From NCBI RefSeq assembly GCF_006345805.1, contig NC_043006.1:53878001-53942000 (forward strand): a stretch of DNA of 64,000 bases, read 5' to 3'. Of this stretch, positions 24,306 to 35,276 are shown one piece after another. How positions within the stretch are numbered: the first letter of the stretch is position 1; each line of letters opens with the position of its first letter. The stretch comes from Octopus sinensis. Lineage: Eukaryota. The notes under the pieces were generated by a model. The model was given only the letters and a program-made list of their open reading frames with translations, searched no databases and was not told the origin of the DNA. A program made the translations under genes and the position numbers.

Positions 24306-25057
24306 TGGACCAAAGTTTGAGAGTTCTGTTGAACAATACTGGAAGTGTGGGAGCCTTTCAAAGCAGTGCTCCAGCATGCTTGCAGGTTGATGGCTGATTC
24401 AATGATTAGGTAGTTCTGCTGGTGCCAGCCAATGCAAGTCTATTCGTTGTTTGGTGTATACACATGTTGGGTGGTGTTAGCAAAATCTCACATAAATCAC
24501 ACAAAAATGGTGAAGAAAATGTAACCATAGATGTCTCTAAAAGACTGGGTGGTTGTGGCTGAACACTTTTGATCATAAATCTATGCACATTCATAGTATT
24601 TTTTTCATATAGACTAGTTGTAATGTCTGTTACAAATAGTAAATATGGTGTGGAAGTTGTGAGCTTTATGTTTTATCAATCATTGACGCTCTAATAATTA
24701 TTACTACACACACACACACACATGTACATACAAATCTATATATATCTTTTATGCGTAAATTTGAAAGCTTCTATATTTGATGTTGGCTTTGAAATATAAT
24801 TTAATTTCCATTTGGAAGCTTTCGAGATACAACAAATATTAGGAACATACCAAACTCCATTCTCTCTTCTTATTTTATATGACCTTAATGATAAATAGTT
24901 TATATATATATATATATATAGGTACAGGCACAGCTGTGTGATTAAGAGCTATGATTTCAGGTTCAGTCCCACTACATGGCACTTTCTACTATAGCCTCAC
25001 CCCAGGCAGACAAATACCTTGTTGGTGAATTTTGGTTGATGGAAACTGGAAGCCTGT

Positions 25058-25103
<46 letters not shown>

Positions 25104-25109
<6 letters not shown>

Positions 25110-25165
25110 TTTATACGAGCACATTCATTCCCTTTCTCCTCATTATCTATCTATCTATATATATA

Positions 25166-25212
<47 letters not shown>

Positions 25213-25258
25213 TAGATAATGAGGAGAAAGGGAATTAATGTGCTCATATAAAACCTTA
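25104..25258. repeat. Foldback: ~52-bp inverted repeat around a (TA)n spacer
   Basis: TAAGGTTTTATACGAGCACATTCATTCCCTTTCTCCTCATTATCTATCTAT and its reverse complement, 2 mismatches. Confidence 0.85.
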
Positions 25259-25906
25259 TGGTTGAGGTATTAAAAGTATCAGCCATATACTGCAACTGAT
25301 TAAATTTTTGTTGTGCGTGTGTGTGCATATCCACTCATATGTAACTCAGTAGCTTATGTTCTTGCTTGCACCATCAGATTGAACAATATTGTCAGAGAGT
25401 GTCAAAATTGTGATGATATTTGGTTGGAGTTAAGTATGTTTGTGTCATTGGGAATGTTTGGGGGGGGGGGGTGTTCCTCTATATCCTTCTGTCATTACCC
25501 TGTGACACACAAACAATTCACACAGGATAAAGAATGCTTAGTAGCATTTCATTCCTCTTTATAGTCTGAGCTCTTGCCTTTTCAGAGATGATAAAATAAG
25601 TACTGGGGGTTCAATGTAAATTGCCTTCCCTCTCTCCTTAAAAACTGCAGACCCTGTGCCAAAATTTGAAACAATTATCGTTACAATTATAACAAGCACT
25701 CGGAGAGTGCAAACCTCTGCCAAATAAGTACCAGTTATGCACTGGGGTCGATGTAATCGACTTAATCCGTTTGTCTGTCCTTGTTTGTCCCCTCTATGTT
25801 TAGCCCCTTGTGGGTAATAAAGTAACAAAATTATTATAAAGATTGTGCATATGTCTGTATGTATATATAATTTACTTACCTTTTTGTTTTTTTCTCTCTA
25901 TTTCAG

Positions 25907-25953
25907 ACATGGACAGTGGTTTATCTGAAGATGAACATGTATCTGTTGTATAA
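25907..25953 (+). CDS. Probable terminal coding exon 3 of the bHLH-Zip gene (DMDSGLSEDEHVSVV*)
   Basis: Very strong acceptor (TTTTTGTTTTTTTCTCTCTATTTCAG|); phase 1 gives an acidic tail then TAA; followed by U-rich 3'UTR-like sequence. Linkage to exon 2 is inferred. Confidence 0.6.
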
Positions 25954-26281
25954 GTGCACTTCCAGAAAAGACATTACAGAAACCTCACCATTTTTACATA
26001 CTTTCACCAATTCATAAGACTGAAAACACTGCCATACCATCCACCCATCCATATACACATACATCCATCTGAATCAATTTTTTTTTTTTGTGAGCTGTAG
26101 ATTTTTTTATTTATTTATGTTTTATTAAAGTAGTTTTTGTTCAACTTTTGTATGCTCTTTTTTTTTTAACTCTTCCCAGTTCCTTCATATAGTTTCTTCT
26201 CCCTTCTCCGCCTCCTCATGTGTAAATACTTTTACTTGACTTGAGAAGTATATTTTTGTAGAAAGCTAAAAATAACAAAAA

Positions 26282-26320
26282 AATAAATTATTTTTATACA
26301 GTTATTTGTTTTTCTGTTTT
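26282..26320 (+). terminator. Candidate polyadenylation signal
   Basis: AATAAA at 26282-26287, ~330 nt after the stop, followed by a U/GU-rich tract. Confidence 0.45.
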
Positions 26321-26344
26321 TTCTCAGTGTTTACTCTTTATTCT

Positions 26345-26665
26345 TTTACTTGTTTCGGTCATTTGACTGTGGCCATTCTTTGTAAGCCTAGTACTTATCA
26401 GTCTCTTTTGCCGAACCACTAAGTTACGGGGACGTAAACACACCAGCATCGGTTATCAAGTGATGGTGGGGGGACAAACACAAACATACACGCACACACA
26501 CATATACATATATACGGCGGACTTATTTCAGTTTACATCTACCAAATCCACTCACAAGGCTTTGGTCGACCTGAGGCTATAGTAGAAGACATTTGCCCAA
26601 GGTGCCATGCAGTGGGATTGAACCCGGGGACATGTGGTTTGTAAGCAAACTACTTACCACATGTG
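26345..26665 (-). mobile_element. SINE-A with CpG decay
   Basis: Antisense SINE-A with CCGCTA>CCACTA, GCGATG>GTGATG and CCACGC>CCATGC changes. Confidence 0.85.
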
Positions 26666-26669
26666 TATG

Positions 26670-27090
26670 TGATCGTCGTCATCATCATCGTTTAACCTCT
26701 ATTTTCCATGTTGGTTTCTGATGGTTTGACTGGAGATGATATAATATGGAGGGCTACTGTGTTCATACACCTGTCTTCGTCTTTTTTCCTGTAAATTTCA
26801 GCTATATATATATATATATATTATATATATATATATATGTATACACACACACAAACACACATGTATATATGATATTGATTGGCTCCAGTTGGATTTCACT
26901 TGCTTTCTATGGCTGCCCTTTCCTTGGACCAACCACTTCACAGAGTGTACTAGGTGTCTTTTATGTGTCACTGGCACAAGTGTCATTTACTGGCCATGAT
27001 CATGATTCTACTTAGCTTGACTTGTTTTCTCAAGCACAGCAATTTGTCAAGTCCTGGTCACTTCTCATCACCTGCATGAGACTCAACATC
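26670..27090 (+). mobile_element. Decayed (CAT)n-tailed retroposon (family of 29965-30420)
   Basis: CATCATCGTTTAACC...GGCTCCAG...TTTTATGTGTCACTGGCAC colinear with 29965-30150, CpGs mostly lost. Confidence 0.6.
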
Positions 27091-27492
27091 TGAGTATATA
27101 TATATACAAGTACAAATACCGCAATACTTTTTCGTCTCTTTACCAACATTTTTGATCAACCATCGATAAAATAATAAACGAACATGGCTGTCATTTAGTG
27201 TTCTTTGTTTCCAATCTTCCGTGGAAACGTGTCTGACAGTGGGGATATTATTACCTTGCTTGAGAAAAGTGACGGTTGGCAACAGGAAGGCCATCAGAAG
27301 ATTTACCTCAACAAATTACATCTGTGTATATTGATTTATAGTGTAACCAAAAGTATTTTGAGAGACATAAGCAGGCATGCTTTGAAAATGAAAGAGAAGT
27401 TACAGACCTGAAATAACCAGTAAATGCTAAATTATTAGCCTGTATATATGTGAGAGGGTGTGTATATATATATATATTTATATTTATATATA

Positions 27493-27760
27493 TCACGTGA
27501 CCGACCAGTCCACCAGATCTAGTTACACATCGCTGGTCACAATGCGTTCGCATTGTTTTAGCCTTCGAATAACGCCGCCCCGCTGGCTAAGCGAGCAGGC
27601 CAACAGGAGAAAGAGTACAGCAGGGATCACCACCCCCTGCCGGAGCGTCGTGGAGCTTTTAGGTATTTTCGCTCAATAAACAACGCCCGGTCTGGGAATC
27701 GAAACCGCGATCCTACGACCGCGTGTCCGCTGCCCTAACCACTGGGCCATTGCGGCTCCA
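27493..27760 (-). mobile_element. SINE-C
   Basis: Reverse complement of 6177-6481 with internal deletions. Confidence 0.85.
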
Positions 27761-27764
27761 CGCA

Positions 27765-28250
27765 CATATATATGGCACGTAAAAGCACCGTCCGTTGCCA
27801 GCCTCGCCTGGACCCCGTGCCGGTGGCACGTAAAAGCACTATCCGTTCGTGGCCGTTTGCCAGCCTCGTCTGGCCCCCGTGCCGGTGGCACGTAAAAAGC
27901 GCCATCCGTTCGTGACCGTTGCCAGCGCCGCCCCGACTGGCCTCCGTGCCGGTGGCGCGTAAAAGCACCATCCGTTCGTGTCCGTTGTCAGCCTCGCCTG
28001 GCCCCCGTGCCGGTGGCACGTAAAAGCACTATCCGTTCGTGGCCGTTTGCCAGCACGGTCTGGCACCTGTGCGGGTGGCATGTAAAAAGCACCCACTACA
28101 CTCGCGGAGTGGTTGGCGTTAGGAAGGGCATCCAGCCGTAGAAACACTGCCAGATCAGACTGGGCCTGATGCAGCCTTCTGGCTTCACAGACCCCAGTTG
28201 AACTGTCCAACCCATGCTAGCATGGAAAACGGACGCTAAATGATGATGAT
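27765..28250 (-). mobile_element. (CAT)n-tailed retroposon with internal 61-67-bp tandem repeat
   Basis: GTGCCGGTGG units at 27817, 27879, 27946, 28007, 28069; ends ...GGACGCTAAATGATGATGAT. Confidence 0.75.
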
Positions 28251-28279
28251 GATATATATATATATATAATTTCTTTTAC

Positions 28280-28620
28280 ACCATGCTGGAGCACCGCCTT
28301 TAGTTGAGCAGATCGATCCAAGGACTTATTCTTTGTAAGCCTAGTACTTATTCTATCGGTATCTTTTGTCGAAACGCTAAGTTACGGGAACGTAAACACC
28401 AGCATCGGTTGTCAAATGATGTGGGGACAAACACGAACACACACACACACATATGTAATATGTACGACGGGCTTCTTTCAGTTTCCGTCTACCAAATCCA
28501 CTCACAAGGATTTGGTCGACCCGAGGCTATAGTAGAAGACACTTGCCCAAAGTGCCACGCAGTGGGACTGAACCCGGAACCATGTAGTTGGTAAGCAAGC
28601 TTACCATACAGCCACTCCTA
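28280..28620 (-). mobile_element. SINE-A
   Basis: CCATGCTGGAGCACCGCC...ACCATACAGCCACTCC. Confidence 0.85.
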
Positions 28621-28859
28621 CGGGTTGTTAGTGTAATTGACAGAGGGAGAGAGAAAAAAAGCGATTGCTGCTAAATATTGGGACATTTGCTTTCGTGGTT
28701 TTGCGGTGGATGTAAAAACTTGATTGGGGTGTATGTGTAATTTACATCCGCCCACGAAGGATTGGTGGGAAGAGTACTTTGCGGTAAACGACCAAAAGGT
28801 TAAGAAGTTCGCTTCGCAACGACAAGTTCTTGGGTTCGATCTTACTACGTGGCATCTTA

Positions 28860-29212
28860 CTTTTTTACTTGTTTCAGTCATTTGACTGCGGCCATGCTGG
28901 AGCACCGCCTTTAATCGAGCAACTCGACCCCAGTACTTATTCTATCGGTCTCTTTTGCCGAACCGCTAAGTAACGGGGAAATAAACACACCAGCATCGGT
29001 TGTCAAGCAATGCTAGGGGGACAAACGCACACACACGCATATACATATATATATACGATGGGCTTCTTTCAGTTTCCGTCTACCAAATCCACTCACAAGG
29101 TTTTGGTCGGCCCGAGGCTATAGTAGAAGACACTTACCCAAGGTGCCACGCAGTGGGACTGAACCCGAAACCATGTGGTTGGTAAACAAGCTACTTACCA
29201 CACAGCCACTCC
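28860..29212 (-). mobile_element. SINE-A, full length
   Basis: TTTTACTTGTTTCAGTCATTTGACTGCGG...TTACCACACAGCCACTCCTG. Confidence 0.9.
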
Positions 29213-29619
29213 TGGGGAAAATATTTTCTATAACCGTGGATTAACTGATAATTTGGGAATGAAGCTAGGTAGATGAAAACTATAGAAGATGGACGGGTGG
29301 ATTGTATCTGTAATTCAAAAGGATGTGGCTTATAATACTGCATCGCGTTGATTCTTCCTGCGTTTATGGAATACATAGCCACTTATATGTTAACTGATTG
29401 AACAAGTGAATACTTATCGAAACCGACGGAGATCCAACGGTACAGTAATTCTTGATATTTAAAATGTGCAAAAATGGCGGTACTTGTGGCGTCTGTTTGC
29501 TTGCAGAAAGTTATAATAGAACAGGTTTTTTGTAATTGGACGTGAAACAAGACAGGGAGTTGGAGAAGTTAGCTTGAAGAAAACCTCAAGCTTCAGTTCG
29601 TTTGCCAGACTATACAGTG

Positions 29620-29822
29620 CAGTGATTCTCAATCGTTGTTTGCCTGTGGATTCCTTTGATTTCTATTTTACCCAACTGGATCGCATGTTTAAAAAAATCC
29701 TATTATATTTGCAGGAATTGTGTTTAATAAATTGTTAAAGGACCTGGTGTATTGTAGAAGTATAAGTAGTTTATTACTCATAAATTTTAAAATCTTATGT
29801 GGACCCCGGTTGAGAACCAATA
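29620..29822. mobile_element. hAT-type MITE
   Basis: CAGTGATTCTCAATCG...CGGTTGAGAACCA terminal repeats. Confidence 0.55.
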
Positions 29823-29964
29823 ATAACCATGAGATTCTTCATTTTTGACATAGGTGCGTGTGTACACACACACACACATTTGTGTATTTTGATATGTAGT
29901 GTAACCAAAATTTTGAGAGACATAAGCATGCATGTTTTGAAAATGAAATAGAAATCATAGACCT

Positions 29965-30420
29965 GCAATCATCATCGTTTAACGTCCGTTTCCCGCGCTA
30001 GCACGGGTTGGATGGTTCGATCGGGGTCTGGGGAGCCAGGGGCTGCTCCAGGCTCCAGTCTGATCTGGCAGTGTTTCTACAGCTGGATGCCCTTCCTAAC
30101 GCCAACCACTCCGCGAGTGTAGTGGGTGCTTTTTATGTGCCACCAGCACAGAAGCCAGTCGAGGCGGTGCTGGCATCGGCCACGTTCGGATGGTGCTTTT
30201 TATGTGCCACCGGCACAGAAGCCAGTCGGGGCGGTGCTGGCATCGGCCACGTTCGGATGGTGCTTTTTATGTGCCACCGGCACAGAAGCCATTCGAGGCG
30301 GGGTTGGCATCAGTCACGTTCGGATGGTGCTTTTTATGTGCCACCGGCACAGAAGCCATTCGAGGCGGGGTTGGCGACTGAAATTTACTGGAAAAAAGAC
30401 GAAGGTGTATGAACAACAAG
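29965..30420 (+). mobile_element. (CAT)n-tailed retroposon with four 67-bp tandem units
   Basis: TGCTTTTTATGTGCCACC at 30127, 30194, 30261, 30328; inverse orientation to 27765-28250. Confidence 0.8.
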
Positions 30421-30429
30421 CAAGTGTAT

Positions 30430-30530
30430 TAGTTTGACGCTCGGGAAACTGAAAAGGTGTTTTGCGTTTCGAGCCTACGCCCTTTAACAGAAAGGAATAA
30501 GAGAAAATAAAAGAAAAAATTGTGGATTTA
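30430..30530 (-). mobile_element. Penelope-type terminal fragment with degenerate hammerhead-like motif
   Basis: Minus strand CTGTTAA-A-GGGC-GTAG-GCTC-GAAA-CG...GAGCGTCAAACTAATAC parallels 44741-44815. Confidence 0.4.
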
Positions 30531-31304
30531 GTGGTCAAACATGGCGACTATATACAATGTCGCTATCGTTATTCAAATTCTACATTTAAAAATCATAACT
30601 ACGAAAACTGAGGATGCTGTTCCAAATACCATACAAGATAGGAAACAACACACTTCTTTATAGTTTCACATCTAAATTAATTCATATTCTTAACAGTTTT
30701 CATTGACTATATATTTTAACTATGATAAAAATAAACAGTTCGATTTGTAAAGCATAATACCTGAATATTTTCGTGACACAAACAAATTTAAACCTTGTAA
30801 CAATGAAAGTATAGACAACTGGGGTTTTTCTTTTTACATCTATATTTAAAACGCTGTATTAACTTCTCGGAGATATAATTTTTTTTTAAATATGTATATC
30901 AATAAACACAGAGTTCTAATGTTGTTGTCTGCATAGTTTGAGTGAAATACAATTGTCTCCCGGTTTTATTAAGCGTAAATGATTTTATATCAATATATAC
31001 AAATTCAAATGGCAAAAAAAAAACCTTCATTGGTATCTGAAACCGCGTACAAGCTCTTCAAAGAATTTTAGTAGTAGTAGGAGGAGGAGGATGGAGGCAT
31101 GTGCTGTAACATCCACCATTTGTTGGTGATTCCCTACTACTGGCAAATTACACCTCTGCACCCAATGGTTTTGTTTGGACAGTCGTTGATGGTATTTTAC
31201 GAAATCGGAGTGCAGATCCTGCTATAACTTCTGTTAGATGCCTTCTCCAACACGCTGCTGAAATGTTGGGTTTATTCTTTAACATGCCGGTCCCCTCATA
31301 GCAC

Positions 31305-31420
31305 TAGAACCATGTGAAATGAAGTGTTTTGCTCAAGAACGCAACACGTCGCCCTGTCCGGGAATCGAACCCACGACCTAACGATCGTGAGTGCAGCAAC
31401 CTTGACCACAAGGCCACGTG
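31305..31420 (-). mobile_element. SINE-D-like tRNA head fragment
   Basis: TTGCTCAAGAACGCAAC...GGGAATCGAACCC...ACCACAAGGCCACGTGCC. Confidence 0.7.
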
Positions 31421-31794
31421 CCTTCAGACTTTTGTAACATTTTTTTTTAAATCTCAGACACAACCTGCATAAAGATTATAGTTCATCTTTTATTCTATGA
31501 CCCAGGTAGTTTTGAATAACGAATCTTGCCACAGATGACGCTTCTTAGAAGAGGATGCAGACAGACACAATCTTCAAGCAAGATATGGATCTCACAACTC
31601 TCATTTTCTATGCTTTTTCACTATTTTATTCTCAACGGCTTTGACATGATCACCTGGACGGCTAAAAAGAAGATACGTTGTAGAAAAAACCCCATTCGAG
31701 AGTTTAAAACCAAGCATTTATACTGACTCTGGTTGACACTTGTTAGGTCTTAGTATGAACTGTAGCTTTAGCTGTTAGGCTGCAGAAATAGATA

Positions 31795-32165
31795 GGCGCA
31801 GGAGTGGCTGTGTGGTAAGTAGCTTGCTTACCAACCACATGGTTCCGGGTTCAGTCCCACTGCGTGGCACCTTGGGTAAGTGTCTTCTATTATAGCCTCG
31901 GGCCGACTAAAGCCTTGTGAGTGGATTTGGTAGACGGAAACAGAAAGAAGTCCGTCGTATATATGTATATATATATATATGTGTGTGTGTGTCCCCCCAA
32001 CATTGCTTGACAACCGATGCTGGTGTGTTTACATCCCCGTTACTTAGCGGTTCGGCAAAAGAGGACGATAGAATAAGTACTAGGCTTACGAAGAATAAGT
32101 CCTGGGGTCGATTTGCTCGACTAAAAGGCGGTGCTCCAGCATGGCCACAGTCAAATGACTGAAAA
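31795..32165 (+). mobile_element. SINE-A, full length
   Basis: GGCGCAGGAGTGGCTGTGTGGTAAG...CAAATGACTGAAA. Confidence 0.9.
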
Positions 32166-32334
32166 GAGGCCCTTGGACTTTCCTCTAGTATCCGAAGAAG
32201 GGCAATCCACGAAAAGTAAAGTGGACCTCAGCGGCGGTCAACTTTATCATTCGCCCTTTCGATGAAATAACTACCAGTACAGCACAAGGGTTGATGTAAT
32301 CGACTAACCTCCTCCCCACCCCAAAATATCTCAG

Positions 32335-32800
32335 GCCGTAACTTAGCGGTTCAGCAAAATAGACCGATCGTTTGTACTAGACTTACAAAGAATAAGTCCG
32401 GGAACGGATTTGTTCGACTAAAGGTGGTGATTCAGCATGGCCGCAGTCAAATGACAGAAACAAGTATAAGAATAAAAGAATATATATACTAAAGCATCGC
32501 CTTTAGTCGGACAAATCCATCCCCGGACTTATTCTTTGTAAGCCTAGTACAAAATATCGGTCTATTTTGCCGAACCGTAAAGTTACGGGGCGTAAACACA
32601 CCAACATCGGTGTCGAGCGATGGTGGTGGGGGGGGGGGGACAACACAGACACAAAAATATACACACACACACTTATATATACGGCTTCTTTTAGTTTCCC
32701 TCTACCAAATCCACAAGGCTTTGGTCGGCTCGCAATGGGACTGAACCCGGAACCATGTGGTTGGGAAGCAAGCTTCCTACCACACAGCCACTCCTGCGCC
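32335..32800. mobile_element. Tail-to-tail SINE-A pair (3' part on +, deleted copy on -)
   Basis: 32335-32475 sense tail; 32495-32800 antisense copy ending ACACAGCCACTCCTGCGCC. Confidence 0.8.
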
Positions 32801-33673
32801 TATATATATATATATATATATATCTTTAGGTGTCATTAAATAGCTCTTTTATGATGAAATATACAAACACACAAATGTGTGTGTGTGGGGGGGGGTAATG
32901 ACACACACATAAACAATTACAGGTAAGAAGAATGTGGAAAGGTATATAAATAAACGAATTAAGAGAACAAAAGGAAATATCTAAAAATAACTTTCAGGTA
33001 TATTTTTGAAATTTCGAAACCCTTACTCAGTTTCGTGGCCAATTAGAATCACAAACCCACATACACACACACACACCACACACACACACACACACATATA
33101 CATACACACACACACCCACACACGCACTCGTACCTATATATCTATACATTGAAATATACCAAATGAGTAAGCCCTTTATCAAGTCACTTAATGCTTTACA
33201 TTCTATTTACTAATAAGTGTGTGTGTGTGTGTGTGTGTTTGTGCGTGTGCGTGTGTCAATGGTACTGTGAAAGATATTACTATCCGCTCCACAAGTTTTG
33301 TCTATACAAAACGAGTCCAAGTCTGTTACACTATTACACAGCATGCTCAACGTGCGCATCTGTTCCACTCCGACCGCCTTGCGTTTTCTTCTCATAATCC
33401 TTTCCCCCTCAATTTACTCATCCTTCTCCTCACAAGCTGTTTGTACTTTTTTTTCGCTCTGTCACTGAATTTCACTTCTGTCGTAGGAATGCGATGGCAG
33501 ACGCGTGTATGTATTTATGTATGTATTTATGTATGTATGTATGTATGTATGTATGTATGTATGTATGTATGTATGTATGTATGTATCCATGCATGCATGT
33601 ATGTATGGATGGATGGATGGACGAACAGACAGAAAGACAAAGAGATAGATAGATAGGTAGGTAGGTTAGTAGG

Positions 33674-33710
<37 letters not shown>

Positions 33711-34424
33711 TTCTTTACGTCTCTGTAATCTAGCTGTTCAGCAAGAAATACCACTAGAATAAGTACCAGTAAGTACTGGCGTCGTTTTTTTTTTTTTTTT
33801 CGACTAAACCCTTCAAGGCGATGCTACAGCATGGCCACAGCCCAATGACTGAAACAAGTGAGAGATAAAAAATATATGTTTAATTTCGCGTTGCTTCTAG
33901 ACTGGAAGTGATAAAGGACTGAATTTTGGGTTGGCATTCGAGTTTGGAAGAATCCCATAGACAGACTCTCAAACACAATGAGATAACCGAAATCCATCAG
34001 CGCTGATTGGAGGTGTCAACCATGGCATTTACCAGGTAAACTATCGCTATTTCAAAAAAAAAAAAGGGGGGGGGCGTACCGAATTACAGAAAACACAGTT
34101 CTATATCAGAAGTGCTAGGTGTGCATGTACGTATATATTTCAGTTTAATATTGAGTTGTCTAATGCTCATAGCAATGAAAATAACTTACCAAGTTCAGCG
34201 AGTTTCGTAAAACTTGATATTATAACGGTGTTATAGTAGACTTGTTTATGTGTAGTACAATATGAGCGTCATATTATAACTATAGTTGTGCGTTCGTTAT
34301 TTAAGGGCAATGAGACGTTGTGGCACAGCCGTTTTGGCGTCACTGATTCGTCAATGATTTACTTCACACCGATGCTTTGTTATTTCTTTTGTTCTACCCC
34401 CACCCCATCTCTCCCTCTCTTTCT

Positions 34425-34890
34425 CTGTCCCCCCAACATTGCTCGACAACCGATGCTGGTGTGTTTACGTCCCCGTAACTTAGCGGTTCGGTAAAAAAGA
34501 CCAATACAATAAGTACTAGGCTTACAAAGAATAAGTCCTTGGGTCGATGTGCTCGACTAAAGGCGGTGCTCCAGTATGGCCACAGTCAAATGACTGAAAC
34601 AAGTAGAAGAGTAAACAGTAGATGTATATGTCGTATAGTGTATATATATATATATGTATATGTATGTGTGTGCATATGTTTGTGCGTCTGTGTTTGTCCC
34701 CCCAACATTGCTTGACAACCGATGCTGGTGTGTTTACGTCCCCGTAACTTAGCGGTTCGGCAAAAAAACCGATAGAGTAATTACTAGGCTTACATAGAAT
34801 AAGTCCTAGGGTCGATTTTCACGACTAAAAGGCGGTGCTCCGGCATGGTCACAGTCAAATGACTAAAACAAGTAAAAGAGTAAAGAGTAT
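34425..34890 (+). mobile_element. Two tandem SINE-A 3' halves
   Basis: TGTCCCCCAACATTGC...GACT.AAACAAGT at 34425-34620 and 34690-34890. Confidence 0.85.
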
Positions 34891-34916
34891 ATATATATAT
34901 GATTTAACTTATTGAA

Positions 34917-35191
34917 CAGAATTCAACAAGAAATTCATATTTAAGAATCTGAGTTGTCATAAAATACTCGTCGGTAGTTGAAAAAACTAAAAATACGTTA
35001 GAAATTACATAGCTATGGTGTTCTTATTTGAATAGACATTTCTCCAAAAACAATAACACTATAAACTGATTAATAACACCATACCAATGTAATTGCTAAC
35101 GTCTTTTTTAGTTTTTCTTTTTATCATTTTAGGTACTGACGAGTACTTTCTGATAACTCAGATTCTTAAATATGAATTTTTTGTCTTTCTG
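34917..35191. repeat. Foldback element with ~100-bp imperfect inverted arms
   Basis: AAATTCATATTTAAGAATCTGAGTT...ATGGTGTT (34931-35022) vs reverse complement at 35074-35180; ~50-bp loop. Confidence 0.8.
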
Positions 35192-35276
35192 TATGAAACA
35201 ATTGTATAGCTACGTGAATAAAAAAAATGATCATCCATATTAACATCTAATCTCCTCCGTTTACGTCAATAACAAC

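Noticed and set aside
28690-28760. Imperfect hairpin with CCAAT/GC-box words
   Set aside because: Two short stems separated by a 7-nt bulge between SINEs; insufficient for a miRNA or promoter call.
27765-30420. CRISPR-like regularly spaced repeats
   Set aside because: Units are tandem repeats without unique spacers, lie inside a retroposon in eukaryotic DNA, and no cas genes are present.
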